Shown: positions 15,718 to 25,494 of the stretch, piece by piece
How the letters are laid out: every line of letters starts with the position of its first letter
How positions within the stretch are numbered: the first letter of the stretch is position 1
Assembly: GCA_040752815.1 (NCBI GenBank)
Contig: JBFMGC010000004.1
Span: forward strand, 2,551-66,550
Reading direction: 5' to 3'
Source of the DNA: Candidatus Zixiibacteriota bacterium
Lineage (GTDB): Bacteria; Zixibacteria; MSB-5A5; GN15; FEB-12
Length of the DNA stretch: 64,000 nucleotides
Position numbers and translations under genes: made by a program
Notes under the pieces: model-generated
Databases searched by the model: none
Seen by the model: only the letters and a program-made list of their open reading frames with translations
Told to the model about the DNA's origin: nothing

Positions 15718-17005
15718 TATTGTCTTCCGTATTTGCTCAGGTATTCGCCTACCAGATAATGCGAACCTATAATGGCTATGATATCACTTGGATCGGCATT
15801 CTCCAAGAGTCGATCATAGGCCATTTCGAAGCGGCTAAACCTCTTGACGGGCACTCCGTGCCAGTCAAGAGCGCTCACCAGTTCCCTGGTGTCGACACTT
15901 CGCCCCGTTTTGAGCGGAACGAGCCGGAAGCTGTCGGCGACCCTGGCCAGATGGTCGATCATCTCCTGATGGGCTTTCCGCTTCACGAAACCAGCGATGA
16001 TCGATGCTTTTCGGCCGGGAAAGACCCGCTTGAAAGTGTCGACAAACGCTGCCGCCCCACCCGGATTGTGGCAGACATCGAGCACCACAACCGGCGATCG
16101 GGCGCCTTCCCGAACGATTTGGAACCGCCCGGCCCAAACGGTATGCTCCACGCCACGTTTGATCGCGCGGCCCGACAGCGATATTCCCTGCCGTCTCAAA
16201 ACTTCGACCGCTTTCAATACAACCGCCGTGTTGCGCAACTGGTGCGGACCTCTGAGCGCGGGCGTCAGATTCTCGAACCGCGAATCATCCGAATGGAAGC
16301 TCAGCGTAAGCTGCTTCATATCCGCGGAGAAGTCACCGTGCCTGAGGGTCACTAGCTCCGAGCCGCGCTCACGGCAAGCGGCTGCTACTACGCGCCGTGC
16401 TTCCCGCGGCAGCAAGCCGATTACATTTGGGACGCCCGGTTTGATTATACCCGCCTTCTCGCCGGCGATCGCCTCGAGAGTCGGCCCCAGGATCTCGACG
16501 TGATCGTAGTTGATGTCGGTGATGATTGTCAGCGCCGGTTTGAGAACGTTAGTGGCATCGAGTCGTCCGCCAAGTCCGGTCTCGATGACGGCTACATCAA
16601 CCGCCTGGCGGGCGAAATAGTCGAACGCCAGCGCCGTGACTAGTTCAAAGAAGGAGAGTTTTTTTTTACCAGCGCGGTGCGATGACTATCGACGTAGCGT
16701 GCTACCGCCTGCTTCTTAATCAGACTTCCGTCGACCCTTATCCGCTCGCGAAAGTCAACGAGATGCGGCGAGGTAAACAGCCCGGTTCGGTAACCGGCCC
16801 GGCGAAAGATCTCAGCCAGCATGGCTGAACATGAACCCTTGCCGTTGGTACCGGCCAGATGCACGGTCAGGTACTTACGCTGGGGGTTGCCACGTTCTTC
16901 GAGGTAATCCGTAATATTCTCCAGCCCGAGTTTCATGCCGAAGAACTCGCGCGAGAGAATGAACCGCTCGGCCTGCCGATAGGTGTGGCGTCTCACTTTC
17001 TCCAC
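15717..17005 (-). pseudogene. folC: folylpolyglutamate synthase / dihydrofolate synthase, interrupted by a 1-nt frameshift in a homopolymer
   Basis: The N-terminal ORF (16640-17005) has HLAGTNGKGS. The C-terminal ORF (15717-16415) and the open frame upstream of it encode LSFFELVTALAFDYFA...VIETGLGGRLDATN...GEKAGIIKPG. The frames switch at the T9 run at 16659-16667 (A9 on the coding strand). Ten A would give continuous ...TALVKKKLSFFELVT.... Confidence 0.85.
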
Positions 17006-17835
17006 ATGTACTCCAGCAGGCTGATAATCGTGGGGCGGAGGTCCTTGCGGTCAACTACCGCGTCGACAAAGCCCTTTTCCAGCTGAAACTCGGACGATTG
17101 AAACCCTTCGGGCAGATCCTGGCCGATCGTTTGCTTGATGACACGGGGGCCGGCAAATCCGAGGAGCGCTTTTGGTTCGGCGATGATGACATCACCTAGC
17201 GCGGCGAACGAGGCCATCACACCGCCGGTGGTCGGATTGGTCACCACCGAGATGAACGGAATCTGCCGGTCCGCCAGCACGGCCAGAAGCCCGGAGGTTT
17301 TGGCCATCTGCATCAGCGAGAGCACTCCCTCCTGCATGCGGGCTCCGCCGGAGCAGGAGACGATAATCAGCGGAAGCTGCCGTTCGATGGCCCGCTCAAT
17401 CGCCCGGGCGACCTTCTCGCCGATCACCGAACCCATCGAGCCGCCGATATAGGCAAAGTCCATGATGGCGAACGAAACTGTCTTGCCGCCGATACTGCCG
17501 ATCCCGGCGATCAGTCCTTCGGTCGGACCGGCCGCATGAGTGGCGGCCTTAATGCGCTCGGGATACGGCTTGGAATCGACAAACTCGAGCGGGTCGGCCG
17601 ATTCAAGGTGGTTGTCATACTCATCGAGAGCGCCGTCGTCCAGGAGCAGCGCGATATATCGCCGGCAGGAAATGCGAAAATGAAAATTACAGGCGGGGCA
17701 GACCCAGAAGCCCTGCTCCAGTTTCTTGCTGTATATGATCTCGCCGCAGGATTCGCACTTATGCCACAACCCTTCCGGTATGTTGCGTTTTTCCTGGGCC
17801 TCCACCCCCGATTTATCTTTTCTAAACCACTCCAT
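16993..17835 (-). CDS. accD: acetyl-CoA carboxylase carboxyltransferase beta subunit
   Basis: N-terminal Zn ribbon CESCGEIIY...CPACNFH and a carboxyltransferase core (GGSMGSV, SGGARMQEG). Confidence 0.95.
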   Translation of the reverse strand: MEWFRKDKSGVEAQEKRNIPEGLWHKCESCGEIIYSKKLEQGFWVCPACNFHFRISCRRYIALLLDDGALDEYDNHLESADPLEFVDSKPYPERIKAATHAAGPTEGLIAGIGSIGGKTVSFAIMDFAYIGGSMGSVIGEKVARAIERAIERQLPLIIVSCSGGARMQEGVLSLMQMAKTSGLLAVLADRQIPFISVVTNPTTGGVMASFAALGDVIIAEPKALLGFAGPRVIKQTIGQDLPEGFQSSEFQLEKGFVDAVVDRKDLRPTIISLLEYMWRK

Positions 17836-17838
17836 TTT

Positions 17839-18300
17839 TCACCGATCGCTGGCGGCCACGTTGATCCAGCGCATCATTATCAGGGCGTCCTCGACCGGGC
17901 TCCGGTAATAACGAACCCACCGATCGACAGTGCGAAAGGCAGAAGCCTCATAAAAGCAACGAGCTGCTTCGTTTGAGATTCTCACCTCAAGGTAAACCAG
18001 CTCGCATTCCCGATCCCGGGCGAGATCTAAGATATGGGCGAGAACCTGCTTGGCAATTGATTTTCTCCGGAGCGTCGGGTCCACGGCCAGGTTGGTAAGG
18101 TGAAGCTTATGGTTCTCAAGCTGATAGCAGGCATAGGCGACAATCTCGCCCTCGCGCTCGGCGACCAGCGCACCGGCCTCGGGGTCGTTTATGTGCTCCC
18201 TGAACGCTTCCAGCGGCCAGGGATCCGAGAAAGCGTTACTCTCCAGCGACATGACCCTTTTCAAATCGGCCTTGTGCATTGGCCTGATGACCAGCTCCAT
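17839..18300 (-). CDS. rimI: ribosomal-protein-alanine N-acetyltransferase (GNAT)
   Basis: MELVIRPMHKADL...NLAVDPTLRRKSIAKQVL (GNAT motif A). The ORF-track extension to 18516 overlaps tsaB. ATG at 18300 follows the tsaB stop (18302) directly. Confidence 0.85.
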   Translation of the reverse strand: MELVIRPMHKADLKRVMSLESNAFSDPWPLEAFREHINDPEAGALVAEREGEIVAYACYQLENHKLHLTNLAVDPTLRRKSIAKQVLAHILDLARDRECELVYLEVRISNEAARCFYEASAFRTVDRWVRYYRSPVEDALIMMRWINVAASDR

Positions 18301-18301
18301 T

Positions 18302-18988
18302 TCAGACCTCCCCGCGGCGGCGATCAAACCTGATTTCCGCAATCGCCTTCTGATAATATACCGGTTCGAGCGCGGCCAGATCGGCGTGCTGCCTCGCCTG
18401 CAGTTTATTAAGACCGACTCGAAGCAAATCCATGGCGTCGTAGTTGAACCGACGGGCAGCCTGCTGGAGGTGATCCGACAAAAACGCCTCAGCGCCACAT
18501 CCAACGGTATACACAACGTAATCCCCGATCTTCGCTGACAGTTCCGCCTCGGAGACTATCGTGACAATTGGCTCGGCGTTGTCCTCGTGTCCGTAAGTCC
18601 CGAGATACAATTCATCCTTGCGCGATGGAATCACCACATAGGTTGGTCTTTCTTCGTGACGCAGGCGCGCACCGACTAGTTCAAACATGGTGACTCCGAC
18701 TATCGCAATCTCCCCCGCTACTGCTATGCCCTTGGCTGCGGCAAGACCAATTCTTAACCCGGTAAAGGATCCCGGCCCAAGCGAAACCACAATGCCCTGA
18801 AGTTCTCCGACGGCTACCCCTGACGACTGGAAGAGCTCATCGATCTTCTTCATGATAATCTGTCCGTGGGTGCGGGCCACTGATTCACTCGATTGCACCG
18901 ACCTGTCTCCGTGATGGAGGAGGGCCAGGTTGAGCCGCATCGTGGCCGTATCGACCGCCAGAACGTTTTCGAAACTCATCGCATTCAT
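18302..18988 (-). CDS. tsaB: tRNA t6A37 biosynthesis protein TsaB (YeaZ)
   Basis: VLAVDTAT...VVSLGPGSFTGLRIGLAAAKGIA. Confidence 0.9.
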   Translation of the reverse strand: MNAMSFENVLAVDTATMRLNLALLHHGDRSVQSSESVARTHGQIIMKKIDELFQSSGVAVGELQGIVVSLGPGSFTGLRIGLAAAKGIAVAGEIAIVGVTMFELVGARLRHEERPTYVVIPSRKDELYLGTYGHEDNAEPIVTIVSEAELSAKIGDYVVYTVGCGAEAFLSDHLQQAARRFNYDAMDLLRVGLNKLQARQHADLAALEPVYYQKAIAEIRFDRRRGEV

Positions 18989-19416
18989 GACTGCACCAGC
19001 GAAAAGCTGATTTGCCGCTGCTCCTCGTCAATGATCGAAAACTCGGCCAGATAGTAACGCGACGGCAGACGATAATCGGCCCGTTCGCCCCACTCTACTA
19101 TGACAATCCCGTCGCGGCTGAGAAAGTCATCCCAGCCGATCTCGGTCAACTCCGAGACATCCCCCATCCGGTACAGATCAAGATGATAGATCGGCGGGTC
19201 ACCGGGGTACTCGTTGACGAAAGTGTACGACGGTGAGGTGACGAGACGCTCATCTATGCCCCGCGCCGCAACCAGCGCCCGCACGAAAGTTGTTTTGCCT
19301 GAGCCGAGCTCTCCCCTAAGGATGATGACATCGCCGCTGTCAAACGACGCCGCCAGGCGTCTTCCCAGGGCGACAGTTTCATCCTCGGAATGCGAGATGA
19401 CTTTGAGCACCTTCAC
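18985..19416 (-). CDS. tsaE: tRNA t6A37 biosynthesis ATPase TsaE (YjeE)
   Basis: P-loop GELGSGKTTFVRAL, SPSYTFVNEY, HLDLYR. GTG start. Confidence 0.9.
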   Translation of the reverse strand: MKVLKVISHSEDETVALGRRLAASFDSGDVIILRGELGSGKTTFVRALVAARGIDERLVTSPSYTFVNEYPGDPPIYHLDLYRMGDVSELTEIGWDDFLSRDGIVIVEWGERADYRLPSRYYLAEFSIIDEEQRQISFSLVQS

Positions 19417-19420
19417 GCGG

Positions 19421-20977
19421 CTACCTGGGATTGAGCACCGCTACCGGCACGATCATTTCTTCAAGCGAAATGCCGCCATGCTGGAACGAATTCTGGAAGC
19501 GGCGAACCATTTCGTTATAGTTGTTGGGGTAGACGAAATAGAAATCTTCCCTGGCGATCAGGAACGTGGTGCCGAGAGTGAAAGCCGGCAGGCGCCACTC
19601 CTGCGGCTTCTTGATAACCAACGCCTCTTTTGGATCGGCCTTCAGGTTATCGCCGTATTTGTAACGCAAATTGGTCGATGTAGTCCGCCGCCCGTGGGCC
19701 ATGGTACCGCGACGGCACAGCACCGAACCGTGATCAGAGGTTACGACGACTGTAAAACCTCGGCCGGCAAAAGCTTTAAGCAAACCGAACAGGGGCGAAT
19801 GAGTGAACCAGGTTCGCATCAACATGCGGAAAGCGGCCTCGGAGCCGGCGATTTCCTTCAGGATCACGTTTGATGATCGCCCGTGCACGAGAATATCAAG
19901 GAAATTGAAAACAAAGGTCACCAATCGGCTATCGAAGTAATCCGATGCTCGCCGGAGGATTTCATCCCCCTGGCTGTTATCATTTATCTTGATGAACTTG
20001 AGCGATTTCTCGAGCCGAACGCCATGGCGCGCCAGGTTCTCCATGAGCAGACGGTCCTCGTACTTGTTGAGCGAGCCTTCGTCCTCGCCGTACGTATCGG
20101 GGTAGGCACGGTGGATGTCGTCCGGAAACATGCCGCTGAACAGGGCGTTGCGCGCGAACGGAGTGGCACTCGGGAGTATTGCATAGTAGTAGTGCCGCTG
20201 GATATCGTAGAACTCGGCAACCATCGGCTCGACCAGCATCCACTGATCCAGGCGCATGCAGTCTACTACGATATAGACGACCGGCCGGCCCTGCTTGAGC
20301 GGCGGCACGACATACTTGCCGGTAATGTCCGGCGAGAGCATCGGGCGGCTCTTGCCTCGGAGCCAGTCAGGGTAGGTTCTCAGGATGTACTTGGTGAACT
20401 CGGTATTCCACTCGCGCAGCGTGCCATCGTGGGTCTCCTGCAAACCGGAGTCCGTGCTTTCGTCGAGTTCGAGATTCCACTCCGCCAAAATACGGGCGGC
20501 GTCCTGCCAGTCCTCGGGCGACATGGCGCCGTACAGACGCTGACTGAAGCGATTGATTTCGGTGATATATCGCCGCATGGATGACGAGCCGATAATTCGG
20601 CGGGAATCGAGCAGCCGTTTTATCACCATCAAAATCTGCGACGGCACCACCGGCTTGACCAGGTAGTCATCGATCTTCTGCCCGATCGCCTCGTCCATGA
20701 GCGTTTCTTCTTCCGACTTGGTCACCATGACCACCGGGAGGTGCGGCTTGAGCGCCTTGATTTCCTCGAGCGTGGTCAAGCCATCCTTGCCCGGCATCAT
20801 TTCGTCCAGCAGCACCAAATCGAAGTTCTGGCGCTGGACTTCCGCGATACCGTCGTCCCCGGACATTGCCCCGACTAATTCAAATCCCTTGCCTTCAAGG
20901 AAGACAAAATGCGAGCGCAGCGAATCGATCTCATCATCGATCCAGAGAATTCTCTTCTTGTCGGTAGTGGTTGGCAT
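19421..20977 (-). CDS. response regulator with C-terminal PglZ/alkaline-phosphatase-like domain (PorX-like)
   Basis: REC (ILWIDDEIDS...LVLLDEMMPGKDG...VVMVTKSEEE) followed by a PglZ-like region (VVYIVVDCMRLDQW, ILPSATPFARNALFSGMFP, VVVTSDHGS). 518 aa from the ATG at 20977. The ORF-track start at 21085 overlaps the upstream kinase. Confidence 0.75.
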   Translation of the reverse strand: MPTTTDKKRILWIDDEIDSLRSHFVFLEGKGFELVGAMSGDDGIAEVQRQNFDLVLLDEMMPGKDGLTTLEEIKALKPHLPVVMVTKSEEETLMDEAIGQKIDDYLVKPVVPSQILMVIKRLLDSRRIIGSSSMRRYITEINRFSQRLYGAMSPEDWQDAARILAEWNLELDESTDSGLQETHDGTLREWNTEFTKYILRTYPDWLRGKSRPMLSPDITGKYVVPPLKQGRPVVYIVVDCMRLDQWMLVEPMVAEFYDIQRHYYYAILPSATPFARNALFSGMFPDDIHRAYPDTYGEDEGSLNKYEDRLLMENLARHGVRLEKSLKFIKINDNSQGDEILRRASDYFDSRLVTFVFNFLDILVHGRSSNVILKEIAGSEAAFRMLMRTWFTHSPLFGLLKAFAGRGFTVVVTSDHGSVLCRRGTMAHGRRTTSTNLRYKYGDNLKADPKEALVIKKPQEWRLPAFTLGTTFLIAREDFYFVYPNNYNEMVRRFQNSFQHGGISLEEMIVPVAVLNPR

Positions 20978-20987
20978 CGGGTTCTTC

Positions 20988-22244
20988 TCAGAGTCCGCCG
21001 GATATGGGGAGCGTGACTTGGAAAACGGTTTCGCCGGGCTGAGATCGCACCAGGGTGATCCGGCCCACGTGGTACTCTTCGACAATCCGCTTAACCAGAG
21101 TCAGTCCCATGCCCCAGCCGCGCTTTTTTGTGGTAAAACCGGGACGGAATATCTTTCGGGCCGATCCCGGCGGTATGCCGTGGCCGTTGTCAGCGATTTC
21201 AAGCATAACCTGTGTGCGATCAGGGTTGATACTGGTGCTTATACTCACGCGGCCCGATTTCGGATCGACCGCCTGCAGGCTGTTCTTGACCAGATTCTCC
21301 AGCACCCACGAAAACAGCTCCGGATTTAGCCGCACCGGCGGGATGTTGCCCGGAGTGACAACTATCTGTGTGCCCTGTCCTTCGAACGGCAACCGGGCGC
21401 GATAATATTGCACGCAGTCGGTTACCAGGGAGTTGAGATCACATTCTTTCACTTCCGGTATTGAGCCAATCTGACTGAACCGGGTGGCGACCCGCTGGAG
21501 TCGGATAACATCCATTCGCATATTCTGGACAGTATTGTCGACGAGCTGTACTTGTCCTTCGCGATCCAAGTCCTGCCGGTTTTCGGGGCTGATTACTTCC
21601 AGCCAGCCCATGAGCGACGACAACGGCGTACCCAACTGATGAGCCGTCTCCTTAGCCATGCCGACCCAGATGTACCGTTCTTCGGAGCGCCGGATATTCT
21701 GGAAACCGATTACCGCTACGGTTACAAAAGCCAGCACTATGCCGATAGCGACAAACGGCATCACTCGCAACTGCTTGATTATTTCGGAGTCGCCATAGAG
21801 GAAGTAGTTGATGTTGTTTTCGCCGAAATTGAGCGGGTACTCACCATTGTGGCGGTACATGGCCTCCGCTTCTTCCTTTACGCGCTCAAGCGATCTTCGG
21901 CTGGTGTCGTCGGAAGGGATACCCGGAATATTGCGCCAGGACACCGGTTCTCTGTTACTGTCGAGTACCACCACCGGAAATCTTGCCTTGACGATGATTT
22001 CATCAAAAATGAACGGCAGAGCGTCTTCCGAACTCGGCGACGTCACCGCCCATTGCCATAAATGAACATATTTATCGACCTGGTCACGCGTATCGATCTG
22101 CAGGCGTTCTATAACCTGAAAAGTGTACCAGATGAACGCGCCCGAGATAACCACCACGCCGGTTACCAGAAATATCTTAAAAAAAGTCGATCGCCCGATA
22201 TACAGATCGGCCAGACCCCCACGCGTTTTTTTTATCATGGCCAT
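20988..22244 (-). CDS. membrane sensor histidine kinase (two TM segments flanking a ~135-aa periplasmic loop; PorY-like)
   Basis: TM1 FFKIFLVTGVVVISGAFIWY, TM2 VMPFVAIGIVLAFVTVAVIGF, H-box KETAHQLGTPLSSL, ATPase DNGHGI / GWGMGL. Its start overlaps the serS stop by 1 nt. Confidence 0.88.
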   Translation of the reverse strand: MAMIKKTRGGLADLYIGRSTFFKIFLVTGVVVISGAFIWYTFQVIERLQIDTRDQVDKYVHLWQWAVTSPSSEDALPFIFDEIIVKARFPVVVLDSNREPVSWRNIPGIPSDDTSRRSLERVKEEAEAMYRHNGEYPLNFGENNINYFLYGDSEIIKQLRVMPFVAIGIVLAFVTVAVIGFQNIRRSEERYIWVGMAKETAHQLGTPLSSLMGWLEVISPENRQDLDREGQVQLVDNTVQNMRMDVIRLQRVATRFSQIGSIPEVKECDLNSLVTDCVQYYRARLPFEGQGTQIVVTPGNIPPVRLNPELFSWVLENLVKNSLQAVDPKSGRVSISTSINPDRTQVMLEIADNGHGIPPGSARKIFRPGFTTKKRGWGMGLTLVKRIVEEYHVGRITLVRSQPGETVFQVTLPISGGL

Positions 22245-23509
22245 CAGCCGATTCTATCCGCCCCGCCCATGTACTTTCGGAGCACCTCGGGAATAGTCAC
22301 GCTGCCGTCCGGGTTCTGGTAATTTTCCAATATCGCGGGAATGAGCCGTGCCAGGGCCAGACCGGAGCCGTTGAGCGTGTGGGGGAAGTCAAGTTTCTTG
22401 TCAACATTGCGGTAGCGAAGATTCATGCGTCGGGCCTGGAACGACTCAAAGTTAGAAATCGACGAAATCTCGAGATACCGCTCCACGCCGGCGGCCCAGA
22501 GCTCGAGATCGTAGGTCTTGGCTGAAGCAAATGACAGGTCTCCAGTAGCCAGCATGACCACCCGGTAGTGGATGTTCAGGCTGCGAAGAACCTGTTCACA
22601 CTGTGCCACCAGGGATTCGAGTTCGTCGTACGATCTTTCCGGGTGGACGATCTTGACCAGCTCGACCTTGTCAAACTGGTGCACCCGGATCATCCCCCGG
22701 GTATCTTTACCGGCGGCGCCGGCTTCTCTACGGAAACAGGGGGAATGGGCCACCATGTACACCGGGAGTTCTTCGTCGGTGATGATCCGTTGTTTGTACA
22801 GATTCGTCACTGGTACTTCGGCAGTGGGGATCAGCCAGAGGTCATCAGACTCGATCCGGTACATGTCGTCGGCCAGTTTGGGCAACTGTCCGGTACCGTA
22901 CATGGTGTCGGCGTTTACGATATACGGCGTGGAGACTTCGACAAACCCGGCGGCAGTGTGCAGGTCAAGCATATAGCTGATCAACGCCCGCTGCAGCCGA
23001 GCGCCCATTCCGCGGAGAACATAAAAGCCCGATCCGGCAACAGCCGCGCCTGCGGCCAAATCCAGTATGCCCAGCTTCTCGCCGACTTCCCAGTGCGGCA
23101 GGACCTTGAAAGCCGGCTCCAGTTTCGCGCCCCATTCACGCACCACCTTGTTGGCGGCGTTGTCTTTGCCGACCGGTACCGATTCGTGGGGCAGGTTCGG
23201 CACCAATTGCAGGAGCTTCTGGAGGCCCGCTTCCAGTTCGCGCAGGTTTTCGTCCTGTACTTTGATATCGTCGCCCAGGCGGCGGGTGGCCTCGATAGCT
23301 GCGTCGGCGCTTTGCCCGGCTTTCTTCTTGATTGCGATATCGGCCGAGGCCTGGTTGCGCTCGGCTTTGAGCCGCTCGACCGTACGGATTATCTGGCGTC
23401 GGCGTTCGTCGAGAGCGAGGATTCTGTCGATATCACACTGCTCGTTTTTGTGGGCCGCACCGGTCCGAACCAGGTCGGGAGCCTCGCGGATTAACTTCAT
23501 GTCCAGCAT
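22244..23509 (-). CDS. serS: serine--tRNA ligase
   Basis: 421 aa. N-terminal coiled-coil arm and class-II core (FRREAG, GSGLALARL...). Confidence 0.96.
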   Translation of the reverse strand: MLDMKLIREAPDLVRTGAAHKNEQCDIDRILALDERRRQIIRTVERLKAERNQASADIAIKKKAGQSADAAIEATRRLGDDIKVQDENLRELEAGLQKLLQLVPNLPHESVPVGKDNAANKVVREWGAKLEPAFKVLPHWEVGEKLGILDLAAGAAVAGSGFYVLRGMGARLQRALISYMLDLHTAAGFVEVSTPYIVNADTMYGTGQLPKLADDMYRIESDDLWLIPTAEVPVTNLYKQRIITDEELPVYMVAHSPCFRREAGAAGKDTRGMIRVHQFDKVELVKIVHPERSYDELESLVAQCEQVLRSLNIHYRVVMLATGDLSFASAKTYDLELWAAGVERYLEISSISNFESFQARRMNLRYRNVDKKLDFPHTLNGSGLALARLIPAILENYQNPDGSVTIPEVLRKYMGGADRIG

Positions 23510-23655
23510 CGGTGATCCTCAAGTCGGCATTGCTCTTAGAAAGGTCCGAAACTAAGGGCCAAGTTAGCACAGTTCAATGAAAATTACCAGTCCGGGATCG
23601 GCCCGATACGTTACCGGTGCACTTTGAGAATTCTCAATCGGCGGCCAGAAATTCC

Positions 23656-23683
23656 TTGCCTTTTCTGCGAGTCGACGTAAAAT
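23656..23683 (+). promoter_or_regulatory. candidate sigma-70 promoter for rpmB
   Basis: TTGCCT (23656-23661), a 16-nt spacer, then TAAAAT (23678-23683), 35 nt upstream of the ATG. Confidence 0.35.
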
Positions 23684-23717
23684 AGGGAGCTGTAGCTACT
23701 ATCGAATTGAGGATTAC

Positions 23718-23939
23718 ATGGCCAAGGCTTGTGAAATCTGCGGGAAAAAGCCGCTCTTCGGACATAACGTTTCTCACGCTCACAACGTGACCAAGCGGCG
23801 ATTCATGCCCAATTTGCAGCAGGTGCGTGCGATTGTAAACGGCCGGCCCCGGCGGGTGACTGTCTGCGCGTCGTGCCTGAAAAGCGGCAAAGTGGTAAAG
23901 AACGTTCAGGGACGGAAACCCCGCCCAGCTGCCGTGTAA
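23718..23939 (+). CDS. rpmB: 50S ribosomal protein L28
   Basis: [34 protein letters not shown]. Confidence 0.95.
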   Translation: MAKACEICGKKPLFGHNVSHAHNVTKRRFMPNLQQVRAIVNGRPRRVTVCASCLKSGKVVKNVQGRKPRPAAV

Positions 23940-23963
23940 TTCAGTGGCATGGAATAAGTTACG

Positions 23964-23989
23964 GCCGCCCTTATGGGGCGGCTTTTTTT
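23964..23989 (+). terminator. rho-independent terminator of rpmB
   Basis: GCCGCCC (23964-23970) pairs with GGGCGGC (23976-23982), followed by a T7 run (23983-23989). Confidence 0.85.
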
Positions 23990-24020
23990 GCCTTTGCGGG
24001 CAGCTTTAGATCAGGGTTCC

Positions 24021-24062
24021 ATGAAATAAATGCCGCCGGCAGGGTAGTTTAACCGGCGGCAT
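24021..24062 (-). terminator. probable terminator of the dcw cluster (after ftsZ)
   Basis: 10-bp stem ATGCCGCCGG (24030-24039) / CCGGCGGCAT (24053-24062). On the minus strand it is followed by TTATTTCAT. Two further hairpins (24101-24121 and about 24075-24093) lie between it and the ftsZ stop. Confidence 0.55.
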
Positions 24063-24149
24063 GGTGGAGGAACCAATAGAGCTGCTCGCTCTATGTTTGT
24101 CTCCCGGCACGAGGCCGGGAGGTATGTGCTTTGACTTATCCCTCAGGGA

Positions 24150-25457
24150 CTAGTTGTCTTCGAGCCTCCTGATATAGGCTGGGATCGTGCGATCCTCCTC
24201 GGTGAAAATGGGTACCCGGCTGGGCGGTCGCAGGCCGAAGCGATTACCGTTGCCGTTTCCGCCATCAGAGGACTCAGCCGTTGCCGGCTCTATTCGGGGT
24301 TGATCCTCGTTATACGTTGGCACTCCGCCGACGGCCACGACCGCATCGCGGGCGTTGACCACCCGGCGGACAGGAATCGCCTGTATGGCGTCTTCCGGAA
24401 ACAGTGACATCACTTTGGGCTGCTGCGATCCGATGGGTACGGCTTTCGGCTCTTCCTTGGTTCGGGACCGGGCGGTCTGCTCGTCCTTGCCGATACCCGT
24501 GGCTATTACGGTCACCCGCATCTTGTTGGTCATCTCGGGATCGATCACGGCGCCAAAAATGATATTGGCATTGTCACCCGCTTTCTCGTAGATGAGCGAC
24601 GTCGCGGTGTTGACATCATGCAGGGTCATGTCTTCGCCGCCGGTGATGTTTATCAGCACCCCTTTGGCTCCGGCGATCGAGACTGATTCGAGCAGCGGCG
24701 ATGAAATCGCCTGCTGGGCGGCGTCGATAGCGCGCTCCTCGCCCTCGCCGCTGCCAGTGCCCATAAGGGCATTGCCCATCTCCTGCATGACCGTGCGGAC
24801 ATCGGCAAAGTCGCAGTTGATGAGTCCCGGTATCGTGATCAGATCAGATATACCTTTGGTCGCCTGGTGCAGGACGTCATCGGCGGTGGCAAATGCGGCC
24901 GACAGGGTGGTATTCTTGTCGACGATTTCCAGCAGCCGTTCATTGGGGATGGTAATCAGCGTATCGACTCGCGCCTTGAGTTCGGCCAGGCCCTCGTCGG
25001 CGCGGTCAATCCGCTTGCGCCCTTCGAAGCGAAACGGCGTGGTGACGATCGCGACCGTGAGAGCGCCGGATTCCTTGGCGATTTCGGCCACGATGGGAGC
25101 CGCGCCGGTACCGGTGCCGCCGCCCATACCGGCGGTAATGAAAACGAGGTTGGGGCGGCCGATCTGGTCGCCGACCTCGCGGCGGCTTTCTTCCATGGCC
25201 AGCCGTCCGATATCAGGATTGGCCCCCGCGCCGAGGCCGTTGGTGACGCCCAGACCGATCTGGATGCGCTTGTCGGCCCGGTTCTGTTCGAGCGCCTGGG
25301 CGTCGGTGTTGACCGCAATGAACTCGACGCCCTGGAGGTCGGAGGCGATCATGCGGTTGATGGCGTTGCCACCGCCGCCGCCGACTCCGACCACCTTGAT
25401 GTTCGCCACGCCGACAAAATCGGAGGCGAAGTTGAACTGGTGTCTTCTTTCTGACAT
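24150..25457 (-). CDS. ftsZ: cell division protein FtsZ
   Basis: [23 protein letters not shown] and the C-terminal peptide [18 protein letters not shown]. Confidence 0.98.
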   Translation of the reverse strand: MSERRHQFNFASDFVGVANIKVVGVGGGGGNAINRMIASDLQGVEFIAVNTDAQALEQNRADKRIQIGLGVTNGLGAGANPDIGRLAMEESRREVGDQIGRPNLVFITAGMGGGTGTGAAPIVAEIAKESGALTVAIVTTPFRFEGRKRIDRADEGLAELKARVDTLITIPNERLLEIVDKNTTLSAAFATADDVLHQATKGISDLITIPGLINCDFADVRTVMQEMGNALMGTGSGEGEERAIDAAQQAISSPLLESVSIAGAKGVLINITGGEDMTLHDVNTATSLIYEKAGDNANIIFGAVIDPEMTNKMRVTVIATGIGKDEQTARSRTKEEPKAVPIGSQQPKVMSLFPEDAIQAIPVRRVVNARDAVVAVGGVPTYNEDQPRIEPATAESSDGGNGNGNRFGLRPPSRVPIFTEEDRTIPAYIRRLEDN

Positions 25458-25494
25458 GGTTCCTCCTGAACTCAGTTAAAGATCCATCTACCCG

